In this document: positions 37,801 to 48,300 of the stretch, piece by piece
How positions within the stretch are numbered: position 1 is the stretch's first letter
Layout: the number at the start of each line of letters is the position of its first letter
The notes under the pieces: generated by a model
Databases searched by the model: none
What the model was told of the DNA's origin: nothing
The model's input: the letters and a program-made list of their open reading frames with translations, nothing else
NCBI RefSeq assembly: GCF_963921235.1
Contig: NC_086098.1
Location: forward strand, 85,560,001 to 85,624,000
DNA from: Mobula hypostoma
Taxonomy: Eukaryota
Reading direction: 5' to 3'
DNA: 64,000 nucleotides
Position numbers and translations under genes: made by a program

Positions 37801-40800
37801 GGCAGAGTGGATAGGATGCAATAGACTAGTTACTGGATTCTGTATGGGTTAAATTATCTGGAATCTGTACAACTGATATAGTGCTTTAGACCAAGTGGCA
37901 TTTATACATTTGGTGCAACTGGATGTGCTGTGAATAGTTTTGAGGAGGAGGAAATACAATGCCCCAAAATTTGACTGAATCAGGTCATAGTGCATGGGAG
38001 CTGCTTTCAGCTTTCAGGCTATATTATTTTTGGATATGAAACATAAGCAGATAATAGTGTAATGTGAGGCAGTGAATATTGATAAACAACAGGGTTCAGT
38101 CTTACTCTGTTTAAATATTTAAATAATAGGATTTAGTAAGTAGCAATAGGGTGAATAAAGCATTAGATTAGACACAGAAGGATATACACTCAGTGGGCAC
38201 TGTATTAAGTATCTCCTGTACCTAAGAAGGTGGCCACTGAATATGTGCTCAGTCTTCTGCCTCTGTTGTCCATCCACTTCAAGGTTCGATGTGTTGTGCA
38301 TTCAGAGATGCTCTTCTGCACACCACTGTTGTAACATGTAATTTATTCGAGCTACTGCTGTCTTCCTGGCAGCTTGAACCAGGCTGGGCATTCTCCTCTG
38401 ACCTTTCTCATTAACAAGGCATTTTCATCCACAGAACTGCCACTCACTGGAGCAGCACACACAAAATGCTGAAGATCAAGCACCATCTATGGAAATGAAC
38501 AAACAGTTGACGATGCTCCCCGACTTGCTGAGTTGCTCCAGCAATTTGTTTTTGTTCTGGATTGCAGCATCTGCAGAATCTCTTGTTTACGATTTGCTGC
38601 TCACCGGACATATTTTGTTTCTAGGACCATTCTCTGAAAACGCTGGAGACTGTTATGTGTGAAAATCTCAGGAGATCAGCAGATTCTGGGATACTCAACC
38701 AACCCTTATCTGTCCACCAACAACCACTCCACGGTCGAAGTTACTTGGATCACATTCCTTCCCCTTTCTGATGTTTGGTCTGAACAACAACTGAACCTCT
38801 TGACCATTTCTGCATGCTTTTATGCACTGCATTGCTGCCACAATTGGCTGATTATATATTTGATTTAACAAGTTGGTGTATAGTTGTACCTAATAAAGTG
38901 GCCACTGAGTGGAAACAAGAATTAATTTATATGGGAAAAGGTATAGAAAGAAAAAATACAAGAAAAACTCTCTATTAGTAGTAAATTGAGAGAGTGAGAC
39001 TCCACAGTATCAATTCTTCCTTTTCTGGCTTTCTAAGTTTGAATTTCACAATAAGATCATTAATTAGATCCAAATCAGGGTCCTCAAAATGTGAAATATC
39101 TGAAGTGGGTTCATTTGTAGTTACCATGGAAATCCAGAAATTATTTGATACTTCAGAGGTAGGTAACAGTGCACCCCATACTTACAAACTTTGTACAAGG
39201 CAATGGGAATTTGTCTTACAATGTGTTAATACACTCAATCACCACTTTATTAGGTACACCCGTACACCTCCTTGCTAATGCAAATTATCTAATCAGCTAA
39301 TTATGTCACAGCAACTCAAGGCACATAAGCATGTAGGCATGGGCAAGAGGTTCAGTTATAGTTCACATCAAACATCCGAATGGGGACGAAATGTGATCTA
39401 AGTAACTTTGATCGTGGAATGACAGAGTGCTTTGAATATCTCAGAATCTGCTGATCTCTTGGGATTTTCACACACAACAGTCTCTAGAATTTACAGAAAA
39501 TGGTGCGAGAAACAAAAAATATCCAGTGAGGAGCAGTTCTGTAGATGAAAATGCCTGGTTAATGAGAGAGGTCAGAGGATACTGGCCAGACTAGTTCGAG
39601 CTAATGGGAAGGTGACAGTAACTCAGATAACCTCATTTACAACAGTGGTGCGCAAAAGAGCACCTCTGAATGCACAACATGCCGGACCTTGAAGTTGATA
39701 AGCTACAGTAGCAGAAGACCATGATTGTACACTCAGTGGCCATTTTTATTAGGTACAGGAGGTATTTAATAAAGAGGCCACTGAGTATATTTCCAGATGT
39801 CACAAAGTCAGAATTTTGGGCCAATGAAAAATGGTGATAACATATAAAAGCCACTTTTTGAAATTTGTAGACATGTCCTCCCCAGTAGTGGAATCTACCA
39901 ATGTAAAGTTAGCTTGATACCGTCCTACAAGGGTGGTGCTCCTGTCACCACAGGGCTGGACAGACACAACTAGAAAGGGACAAGTTTGCAAGCAATTTTC
40001 ATTGATAGTCTGCTTGGGTATAAATTTAAAACCCATCCTCAAGTCAGTCAGACCATTCTCAGTCTGAATTCTGCCTGTGTACAAGAACTTAAAAGTTTTT
40101 CTATCCCCAATCATCACTGTAGCTATAATAATTTGAAATAAGATATCGATAATGACAATGCTAACACCCACAAGGTTATTAGGGATGGGGTTGTGGTTAT
40201 TAGGGATGGGGTTGTCTTTCCATCTAGGCTGAGGAAGGCCGAATACATGGCACTGAATGTACAGGTGACCAGAAGCTGACACAAATTGTTGGGTCCCATC
40301 TGGTTCATGTTCAGTGACCAGGGTTTGGTTCCTATTGGAAACAAGTTATGTTTCCACCTTAAAATATTATGGGTTAAATTGTTTCTATAAATTCATGCTT
40401 TGTATTAAATAAATATATCAGGTAGTCATATACTGTACCTATAATCATTAAAGGCAGCCTTCTCTGCCTGCTTTTTGACTTGCATCAATCGCTTTCGATA
40501 TTCCATCCTTTCCTCAGCTTTCCGTTTCTTAGCTAGTTCATGGCCAATCCCGCCACGTCCTTTAATGGTTTAAGAAAAAAATTTGTATTTCAGTCAATCA
40601 AACACAAGCACTGCAACAAGTTTGCAAGCAATATCATTGCCCCTGAGACCACTCATTCCTCCCTACTAATCTCCCTCCTGGCATTTATCCCTGCAAATGG
40701 CCAAGTTGCCCATTCACCTCCTCCCTTGCCGCCATTCAGGGCCCCAAACAGTCTTTCCAGGTGAGGCAACACTTTACCTGCGAATCCACTGGGGTTTATC

Positions 40801-43800
40801 CAGTGCTCCTGATACGGCCTCCTCTATATTGCTGAGACCTGTTGTAAATTGAGACCGCTTCATCGACCACCCCACTCCATCCACCAAAAGCGAACTTCCC
40901 AGTGGCCCAACATTTTAATTCCCACTCTGACTTGTCGGTCCTTAGCCTCCTCTCTTGTGCCACGATGAGACCACCTCAGGGAGGAAGAGCAACACCTTAT
41001 ATTCTGTCTGGGTAGCCTCCAACCTGATGGCATGGATATGGATTTCTTCTTCTGGTTAAAAAGAATTCCCTCTGTCTCCCCCTCTTCTGTTCTCCACCAT
41101 GGCCCCTTACCGCTTCTCACCTCCCCCTGGTGCCCCTCCTCCTTTCCTTTCTCCTGTGGGCCACTATCCTCTCCTATCAGATTCCTTCCTCTCCAACCCT
41201 TTACTTTTCCTACTCATCTGGCTTCACTTATCACCTTCTAGCTATCCTCCTTCCCCTCCCCCCCCCCACCTTTTAATTCTGGCGTCTTGCTCTTTCCTTC
41301 TCTGTCCTGACGAAGGGTCTTGGACCGAAGTGTTGACTGTTGATTTCTAGAGGCTGCAGACCTGCTGAGCTTCTCCAGCATTTTGTGGTGTTGCCTCAGA
41401 AAACTAATGTTCCTCAGGAGGAGGAGGAAATGCAAAGCAATTATGTTCTGCTCTTACTGAATATTCTTCAAGATCTTAAGCATCACTAACTTCCTTATCC
41501 TACTTGCCTGAATAAGAAAATGCAGTGATCTTACTGGGGTATTTGTGAAACACCTTTTTTAATAAATACCAACTATTAATTTAACCTTAATTGTGGGTAA
41601 TAGATCTTTGCCTATTTTGGATCTATTTTCTGGATGACCCAAATTCTCTCCACTTTTAAATACCTTCTCAAAACCAGACTTGATGATGTTTTCAGTTAAG
41701 CTTCCTCTACTTTCCTACACGTGATAATTTGCTTATATCAAAGATGGTACTTGGATGTTATCTTACTCCCCACCCCACCCTTCTAATTCAGTTTGGTTTG
41801 TTCTCTCTTTGTAAACCTCCTTAATATTTACTCTAAACACAAGAGATTCTGCAGATGTTGGGCATAAAATGCTGGAGAAACTCAGCAGGTCAATGGTGAG
41901 GAATAAATGGTCAATGTTTCAGGTCAAGTCCTGATGAAGGGGTTAATAAGTTGTGGGCAGACCATCTTGGAGTCAAAAGCATGTCGACATTTGGAGGCTG
42001 CCCCCAGCACATCCTCAGACTTTGCTGGTTGTTGACACAAACAATGCATTTCACTGTATGTTTCAATGTATGTGTGATAAATAAAGCTAATTTTTAATCT
42101 TTAATCCTGAAGCCTCCTACTTAACAGTACCACTGGGCAGCAGTTCAAAATGACACACGGTGCCTACCTTGTCAAGGACTATAAAGGGTGGTAATAAATC
42201 TTTGCCAACATCATTCACATCCCATATATAAATAAAAATAACAATCCAATCTGAAAATTCACATCAAACTGCTTTTAACAAACCTTTTTTGATCTGCAGA
42301 GGGATGGGTTCAACAATTCCAGATCCTGCAAAAGTAAAGGTGACACTTAAGATTTTAATGTTATCATGTCAGTAACTCCTGATCTCTATCCTAAAATATT
42401 ATTTAAACTCTCTTTGTGATTAGGCCAATTTTTCATGATATTAATTTACACTGCATGATTTACACGGTTTAATATTGTAGCCATTATAAATAAACCACTA
42501 CACGCAGAATGGCCAGAATGTGGTGTTTGATACCACGAGGAGTAGCTGCAATACAAGACCAGACTGCTGTAAATACTGGCATGGATCAGCTGAGACGAAA
42601 GGCCTGTTTCTGCCCTACAAAATTCTCTATATAGTGTCACGTGACAGGATTTGAAAGAATACGAGTCTATTAAGCACAGAAGCAGAAAATACTGAAGTGC
42701 CTAGCTGATCAGATAGCACCACAGAAGGTGTGGTGTTGTGGTCTGGATTTTTGTTTTAATTTACTCATTGAACTAATGAGGCTTTTCCCAGGGCTGAGAT
42801 GGTTAGCATGAGAGGGCACAGTTTTAAGGTGCTTGGAAGTAGGTACACAGGAGATGTCAGGGGTAAGTTTTTTTTTACACAGAGAGTGGTGAGTGCGTGG
42901 AATGGGCTGCCGGCAACAGTGGTAGAGGCGGATATGATACGGTCTTTTAAGAGACTCCTGGACAGGTACATGGAGCTCAAAAATAGAGGGCTATGGGTAA
43001 CCCTAGGTAATTTCTAAGGTAAGGACATACTTGGCACAGCTTTGTGGGCCAAAGGGCCTGTATTGTGCTGTAGGTTTTCTATGTTTCTATGAATTCAGCA
43101 GGCAAAGTGTGCATTTTTTTTTTAACAATGCTTCCTTAGAACATAGAAGACTATAGCACACTACGGACCCTTTGGTCTAGGATATTGTGCTGACCTTATA
43201 ACCTACTCTAAGATCAATCTAACCCTTCCCTCCTACGTAGCCCTCCATTTCACTATCATCCATGTGCCTATCTAAGAGCTCCTTAGAGTTCATCAAACGT
43301 ATCTGGCTCTATCACCACCTCGGCAGGATATTCCATGTACTCAGCACCACCCCCCCCACCGTACTTCCCACTTTGTGAACCCTACAAGTTCTGCTAATCA
43401 GGAATATAATATCTAAAATAATGATGGAGGAAAAATTGACAGTGATGTTCAAAAGGGTGTGAGATAGATGTCAAAATGCTTAATCACTGCAGGCCTGTAT
43501 GCAAAACAAAGGAGTGGTATTAATTGGACAACATTTTAGAACAGCGGGTACAGCCACAATGGGCTATCATGATGATAGGCTTTGTTTCACAAACGTCGTT
43601 GGAAAGGTATGTTAATCTTGGAGAAAATGCCACAGAGGAATGAGAAAAGGCGTAAAAGGATAGCAGAAATTTCAGAGGCGGGGTGGAAGATTTTTGTTAA
43701 ATCACTATGACATCAAGGTGAGTTGGCACATTAAGATGTGGATATGTGATGATCTAATTGAAGCCAAAGGAAATGAATGTCCTACACCTGCTTGAGTAAC

Positions 43801-46456
43801 AACACATGGGAGTAAAGCAGAGGTAAGTTGATATTCAATTCTCTCCTTTGAGATCACTACACATCATAGATCGATAGAGATACATTTTATGTCTATTTTA
43901 TCAGGTTACTTTATACTGAATGATTTACGTTGGGATATTTTACCATTTATGAAAACACACATTCTAGCTGATCCTTAAAATAATGGACCATTAAAGCAGT
44001 AATAAATTCCTTTGATTAATTCATGCTGCAGCTTAGACATACAACTTCTGAAAAATGGTTCAAGTGTAGCAGAAGATTACTGGATACACACCATTCCTGC
44101 CAAGTCCTCGGCCTTCTTTATACCCCATCTTCTGAAGCAATGCAAAGCCTTTATTTTCACTTCCCAACGAGCACTGTAGCATGGACTCACGCCTTTCCTC
44201 TTCACGACTCACTCTTTTCTGGGTCTTTTCCTGCTCAGGTTTTTTCTCCTGGTGCCTTTTCACTTTTTCCACCTTTACCAGTCCTGGCTTGACATCCTGT
44301 CTATGGGCACATTAAAATCAGTTTGCTTTCATTATCTTCCCTTTGATCCTTGGCCGGAACCTTAAATCAATTCTTCCAATTATCAACACCACCTTTTCTC
44401 CACTCTACCAAAGCAAATGGTATGATTTGTGTAATTCTGGTTGCCCAGCTATAGGATGTCACTGAGCTGGAAAGGATGCATAAAAAATTCACAAGGATGT
44501 TACCAGAAGGAGAGGGATTGAGTTATAAGAGACTGGATAGTCTGGGCCTTTTTCCTGGAGCATAAGAGGTTGAAAGAGTTGTATAAAATCATGAGGGGCA
44601 CAGATAAGGTCATTTTCCCAGGATATGGAAGTCTAGGACTAGAGGACATATGTTTGAGGTAGGAGGGGAAAGATTTAAAAGGGACCCGATGGGTATTTTT
44701 TCAGATAGTGGGCAGTGGGTATATGGAAAGAGGTGCCACAGGAAGCTATAGAAGCATATACACATACAATTCTTAAAAGATATTTGAACAGATACAGGAG
44801 AAGGCAAAGAGGAATATGGACCTCTGCAGGTACAAATGTAAATAGGACCGGTTCATTTTGACATCTTGGTCAGCAATTGACCTGAAGGGACTGTTTCTAT
44901 GCTTTATGACTCTTCTTAATTCAGTAAGTATATCTGATCAACTCTATAAGGAGGCCCATAACAAATATTGCTCTAAAGAGAATAATTCCAAGTCCTTTAA
45001 CTGTGATACCAGTTAATCTCCACTGTATTTCTCCGAAGCTGTGTTATTCTGCTTTAGGTTATTACTCGACACAAATCTTCAGTCAAGACCCAAACATTTA
45101 TAATAAAGGGTTTGCAAAATTCCTTGACTTCATGGCTAAATATTCACTGTGCCAACGATGGTCTAAATTTCAACTAATAAAAGGCAATAGATGTTCACTT
45201 CTCAGCATCATTACCAGCTTTGGGACAGAACTGTAACATGTTAAGTAACAGTAAAAATGTGATTACATTATTCAAAAGAAAAGGAAGGAGTTCTCCTGGC
45301 AAATTTGTTAACACTACACTCTGAATCGGCATTAATTAAATAACATTTATTTATTCACCTTGTGGGAATTCAGCAGCAGTTTTCCACAGTTGCCTATGAT
45401 AACTATTAAGTCTTTCATTGTTAGAGAAGACTCTGGTATAACTGTAAGCAAATAGTTTCTACTAAGTATGACACAGACTTGTAACATAGCTGTAACAGAT
45501 TCCAGTAGCACAGTCAGTGCTGCTGATTCACTACTCGATGAGCAAGGTTTCATCCTGACTTCAGGTTCCGTCACTGTGGAGTTTGCATATTTTGTCTTTG
45601 ATGTCGCAAGACAACAAACTTCAAGTCATTTTAGCAGTCGGTGATAATAAATCTGATCCTGACTGCAACACACACACAAAATGCTGGAGGAACTCAGCAA
45701 ATAAGGCAATGTCTATTGAGGGGAATAAACAGTTGATGTTTTGGGCTGAGACCCTTCATCAGGGCTGGAGAAAACCTCACCCCCTTCCTTTCCAATCCTG
45801 ATGAAGGGTCTCAGTGAGAAACATCTATTGTCTATGTACCTCCATAGATGCTGTCTGACTTGCTGAGTTCATCCGGCAATTTGTGTATGCTGCTCGTTTC
45901 CTAGCATCTACACAATGTCTTGTGTACCTGATTCTAACTGCACTGATTTCTTCCACATCGTTAAGACACCTAGGTTGGCCGCTTAATTGGCAGCTGCAAA
46001 TCACTCCTAGTTTAAGTGGGTGATGGGAAAATCGGGGAATTAATGGACATGAGAGTGAGAGTATTTTACGGGGAAATAAATGTGAGAATGGGGTTACTCA
46101 AGACTGGGGGTGGGCGTCATGGAATATGCAATGACAAACTTTTGAGTCTAACTTCAGCTGTCATTTTCCTTAACACTGAGCAGCAGGAAGCAAGCACTGC
46201 GCGGCCGAAGACACCAAGACAAACTGCTTCAGGCCAGGCTGCGAAGTTAGTGGAAGAGGCAGAACTCGTCACCGTAAGGGGCGGGTCTGACACCGGCAGA
46301 CGACGTGCCGGCTGCAGTATCGTTCATGTTTCACCACAATGACCATTCTGGTTGAGGCCCAATCCCAGAACCCTGAAGGATAGCTTACTCAAAATTTATA
46401 AAAGCATCTGACATATAATCTTCACCCTCTTCCTCCTCCTGTTCCTGGGTCGCCAT
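22840..46456 (-). CDS. GPATCH11: G-patch domain-containing protein 11, complete 8-exon CDS: join(46389-46456, 44092-44300, 42284-42325, 40439-40559, 37413-37503, 35777-35872, 31125-31206, 22840-22895)
   Basis: Spliced translation MATQEQEEEEGEDYMSDAFINFEQDVKPGL...[47 protein letters not shown]...[27 protein letters not shown]...[43 protein letters not shown] matches my recollection of vertebrate GPATCH11 (EDYMSD motif, G-patch, C-terminal YCIWC...CPG). All introns GT-AG with compatible phases. Head-to-head with HEATR5B as in human. Confidence 0.96.
23333..27094 (-). pseudogene. L1 ORF2p (APE endonuclease + RT + C-terminal Cys motif), disrupted by 2 frameshifts and a stop
   Basis: SWNTNGL...FLQETH, GGDLN, SRIDYFF, SDHAP, KAPGPDGF, LDAEKAFDRVEW, GTRQGCPLSPLLF, LYADD, CDRC...HMFWSC; breaks near 26955 (G run), 26887 (TGA) and 24470. 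Confidence 0.93.
27809..28672 (-). pseudogene. L1 ORF1p (coiled coil + RRM + CTD), frameshifted
   Basis: DLESRMRRQNLRMIGV...LDRVHRV...KPRHVILRFHYFQDKE, then a shift to EDFSKPIRDQR...LLYPARLRI. Confidence 0.9.
29100..29970. mobile_element. Divergently arranged CR1 3' fragments (29100-29670 minus; 29690-29970 plus)
   Basis: CR1 tails at both outer ends; mutually complementary bodies. Confidence 0.75.
30025..30175. repeat. Palindromic Penelope-terminus insertion
   Basis: CAACACACACAAAATGCTGGAGGAAC...GTTCCTCCAGTATTTTGTGTGTGTTG inverted arms. Confidence 0.8.
31125..31206 (-). CDS. GPATCH11: GPATCH11 exon 7
   Basis: [27 protein letters not shown]; ttccag|...G|GTAAAA, 82 bp. Confidence 0.94.
32500..33190. 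mobile_element. pogo/Tigger-like non-autonomous DNA transposon relic
   Basis: Right end TGTCCCAATTAACCGGAATCCACTG with internal AATTGGG repeats; left end degenerate. Confidence 0.55.
33800..35371 (+). mobile_element. hAT (Charlie/Buster-like) transposon, internally deleted
   Basis: TIRs CATTGTTTCTCAACC / GGTTGAGAAAGGCTG; 8-bp TSD ATCTAGAC (33792) / CTCTAGAC (35372); ORF 34317-34784 carries an hAT dimerisation-type region (FWISVKEYP...LLQFSNSYMCEQAFS). Confidence 0.88.
35380..35621 (-). mobile_element. Inverted left-end fragment of the same hAT family
   Basis: Reverse complement CAGTGTTTCTCAATCAGGGTTCCGCGAGAG... aligns by eye to 33800-34040; flanked by CTCTACAC. Confidence 0.8.
35777..35872 (-). 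CDS. GPATCH11: GPATCH11 exon 6 (acidic)
   Basis: [32 protein letters not shown]; gcacag|...ACA|GTATGG. Confidence 0.92.
36036..36073 (-). ncRNA. Minimal type I hammerhead ribozyme motif (intact core)
   Basis: TAGTC-CTGACGA-AGGGTCTCGGCCT-GAAA-C-GTC-GACTG: stem I AGTC/GACT, CUGANGA, stem II, GAAA, GUC triplet. Confidence 0.75.
36106..36143 (+). ncRNA. Mirror hammerhead motif (GTC changed to TTC)
   Basis: TAGTC-CTGACGA-AGGGTCTCGGCCT-GAAA-C-TTC-GACTG. Confidence 0.6.
37413..37503 (-). CDS. GPATCH11: GPATCH11 exon 5
   Basis: [30 protein letters not shown]; ttctag|...AAG|GTAAAC, 91 bp. Confidence 0.93.
38187..38911 (-). mobile_element. Tc1/mariner non-autonomous element containing a Penelope palindrome (~38452-38590)
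   Basis: CACTCAGTGG(G/C)CAC..TATTA.GTA terminal repeats at both ends; TA on the left flank. Confidence 0.82.
39232..39787 (+). mobile_element. Tc1/mariner non-autonomous element, TA-flanked
   Basis: TIRs at both ends, TA TSD, degenerate MG.KCDLS.FDRG transposase N-terminus. Confidence 0.85.
39790..40380 (-). pseudogene. Possible degenerate retrovirus/LTR-type reverse transcriptase relic
   Basis: Correctly ordered, frameshifted motif-like strings: FGLPQPRWKDNP, YSYSDDWG, LRMGFKFIPKQT, CPFLVVSV. Confidence 0.4.
40439..40559 (-). CDS. GPATCH11: GPATCH11 exon 4
   Basis: RGGIGHELAKKRKAEERMEYRKRLMQVKKQAEKAAFNDY; ag/gt boundaries, 121 bp. Confidence 0.93.
40640..41400 (+). mobile_element. Penelope-like element 3' part (GIY-YIG + terminus)
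   Basis: GPKQSFQVRQHFTC, GLLYIAET, EEQHLIFCLGSLQPDGMDMDF; degenerate hammerhead at 41302-41339. Confidence 0.85.
42284..42325 (-). CDS. GPATCH11: GPATCH11 exon 3 (42 bp, [13 protein letters not shown])
   Basis: ttttgcag| ... AAG|GTTTGT; G-patch GIxEPI motif. Confidence 0.93.
42776..43360. mobile_element. Two convergent CR1 3' ends (42776-43090 plus; 43138-43360 minus)
   Basis: RGHSFKV...FFTQRVVSAWNGLP; TTTCTATG tails. Confidence 0.8.
44092..44300 (-). CDS. GPATCH11: GPATCH11 exon 2 (start of G-patch)
   Basis: catag| acceptor; QDVKPGL...[29 protein letters not shown] donor. Confidence 0.95.
44430..44910 (+). mobile_element. CR1 LINE 3' fragment
   Basis: Degenerate CR1 C-terminus, ATGACTCT tail. 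Confidence 0.65.
45668..45927. mobile_element. Older palindromic Penelope-terminus insertion with two degenerate hammerheads
   Basis: Inverted termini; CTGATGA-AGGGTCTCAG motif on both strands (~45730-45768 minus, ~45793-45830 plus); diverged TSD CTGATCCTGACTGCA / CTGATTCTAACTGCA. Confidence 0.8.
46389..46456 (-). CDS. GPATCH11: GPATCH11 coding exon 1 (MATQEQEEEEGEDYMSDAFINF)
   Basis: ATG in AAGATGGCG context; donor GA|GTAAGC. Confidence 0.93.
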
Positions 46457-46599
46457 CTTCTGCCTCCGGAATGCGGCTGCGCGAAGACGAGGACGAGCCG
46501 TGTGCGTGCGCGTGGTTGTGTCCGAGGATGAGCGTTGTGCGTGCGCGTGTTCGCAGTTGGACGCTGGCGACTGGGCTGTGGGTGCGCATGCGCACAGCT

Positions 46600-46764
46600 G
46601 AGACCTGGGATCGCGCTACTAACGCCGGCTGAGAACTGCAGCCGAAGCTTTAGTGTCAGTGTCGGTGATCGGAGTGACTCTGCTCGTTGACTGGCTGGCC
46701 TGCTCCTCCCCGGAACCTTTCCTTACGCCTCTGCTTCGGAGGCTGGTGTTGGACCCGGAGAATG
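46600..46764 (+). other. HEATR5B: Probable HEATR5B non-coding first exon (start approximate)
   Basis: Lies in the CpG island facing away from GPATCH11; ends at strong donor ATG|GTGAGT (46764/46765). Confidence 0.65.
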
Positions 46765-47164
46765 GTGAGTAGCTGGGCCGAAGGAGATCAGGCGGTTGCG
46801 GGGCCCGGTCCGGTCTAGTATGGTCTGCTATGGCCCAGGGACTGTGCCCCGTACCTGGCGGGACATCCACGCCCCCAGCCCGCCCTGACACTCCCACTAC
46901 CTTGCTCTGACACATACTCCTGCGTTGCCCGTACACGTATTACCGCCCCCTCCCCAATCAACCGCTACTGCCCGTGAGTTGGAGGGATGTATTTGCCCCC
47001 ACTGTCCTCTGCCCCACTCCCCAACAGCACCCATCAAGACTTCACCTTATCTGGGCCACGTTCCTTCTCCTTATCTCACGGGCTATCCTCCCTATTTAGG
47101 TCTACTTCGCTCTGACCCACTGACATTTTACCCATAAGCATGCATAGTCCCCCAATCATTTAGA

Positions 47165-48300
47165 CATTATGACCATGAGACATAGGAGCAGAACTAGGGC
47201 GTTCGGCCCGTCTTCTGCTCCATCATTTGATCATGGTTGATTTATTATCATTATCAACCCCATTCTCCTGCCTTTTCCCCAAGACCTTTGATGCTCTGAC
47301 TAATCATGAACCTATCAACCTCTGCAATAACTTGGCATCCACAGCTGTCTGTGGCAATGAGTGCCACAGATTCACTGCCTTCTGATTAAAGAAATTCCTC
47401 CTCATCAGTTCTAAATGAATGTCCCTATATTCTGAGGTGTCCCCGCTGGTCCTAAACTTCCCCAAAATAGGAAACATCCTCACCACATTCATTCTATCTA
47501 GATCTTTCAATATTCAGTAGGTTTCAATGAGATTCCCCCTCCCCACCCCAAACTCCAGCGAGTACGGACCCAGAACCATCAAATATTCTTCATACTGAAA
47601 CCCTTTCATTCCTGGAATCCTTCTCTGGACCTTCTCCAATGCCAACATATTTTTTTCTTAGATAAGGGACCGAAAACTGCTCAGGCCAAGTGTGGTCCGA
47701 CCAGTGTGTTATAAAGCTTCATCATTACATCTTTACTCTCATATTCTAGTCCTCTCAAATGAATGCTAACATTGCATTTGCCTTCCTCACCACTGGCTCA
47801 ACCTACAGGTTAACCTTTAGGGACCCTGCATGAGGACTCCAAAGTCCCTTTGTACCACAGATTTTTGAATTTTCTCCCCATTTAGTAAATAGTCTACGCT
47901 TTTATTTCTTCTGCCAAAGCGCATGACCGTACATCTGCCACTTTTTTCCCCATTCTCCCAAGCTAAGTGCAACTTGCCCCTCCGTCTGCCCGGGACAATT
48001 AACCACAAAGCCATCAATTCCATCATCCAAATATTGACATATAACATGAGGCAAAGTGGCCCCAACACAGACTCCTGTGGAGCACCACAAGTTGCTGGCA
48101 GCCAACCAGAAAAGGCTCCCTTTATTCCCACTCATTGCTTCCTGCCAGTCAGTCAATCTCACTTCCATGCTGGTGTTTTTCCTGTAATACCATAGGCTTA
48201 TCTTGTTACGCAATCTCATGTGCATCATTTTGTCAAAGGCCTTCTGAAAATCCACTTAAACAATATGCACTGACTCTCCTTTGTCTATCCTGCTTGTTAT
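47165..48300 (-). mobile_element. CR1 LINE fragment
   Basis: DFQKAFDK, G.PQESVLGP, RRNFFNQKAVNLWHSLP; TCTCATGGTC tail. Confidence 0.85.

Larger units (their letters stand above)
46190..46990. promoter_or_regulatory. CpG-island bidirectional promoter shared by GPATCH11 and HEATR5B
   Basis: CpG-dense relative to background; perfect NRF1-type palindrome TGCGCATGCGCA at 46583-46594; two TGTGCGTGCGCGTG repeats (46501, 46536); YY1-type CGCCATCTT at 46451-46459 over the GPATCH11 ATG; ETS-type CCGGAA near 46466. Confidence 0.85.
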
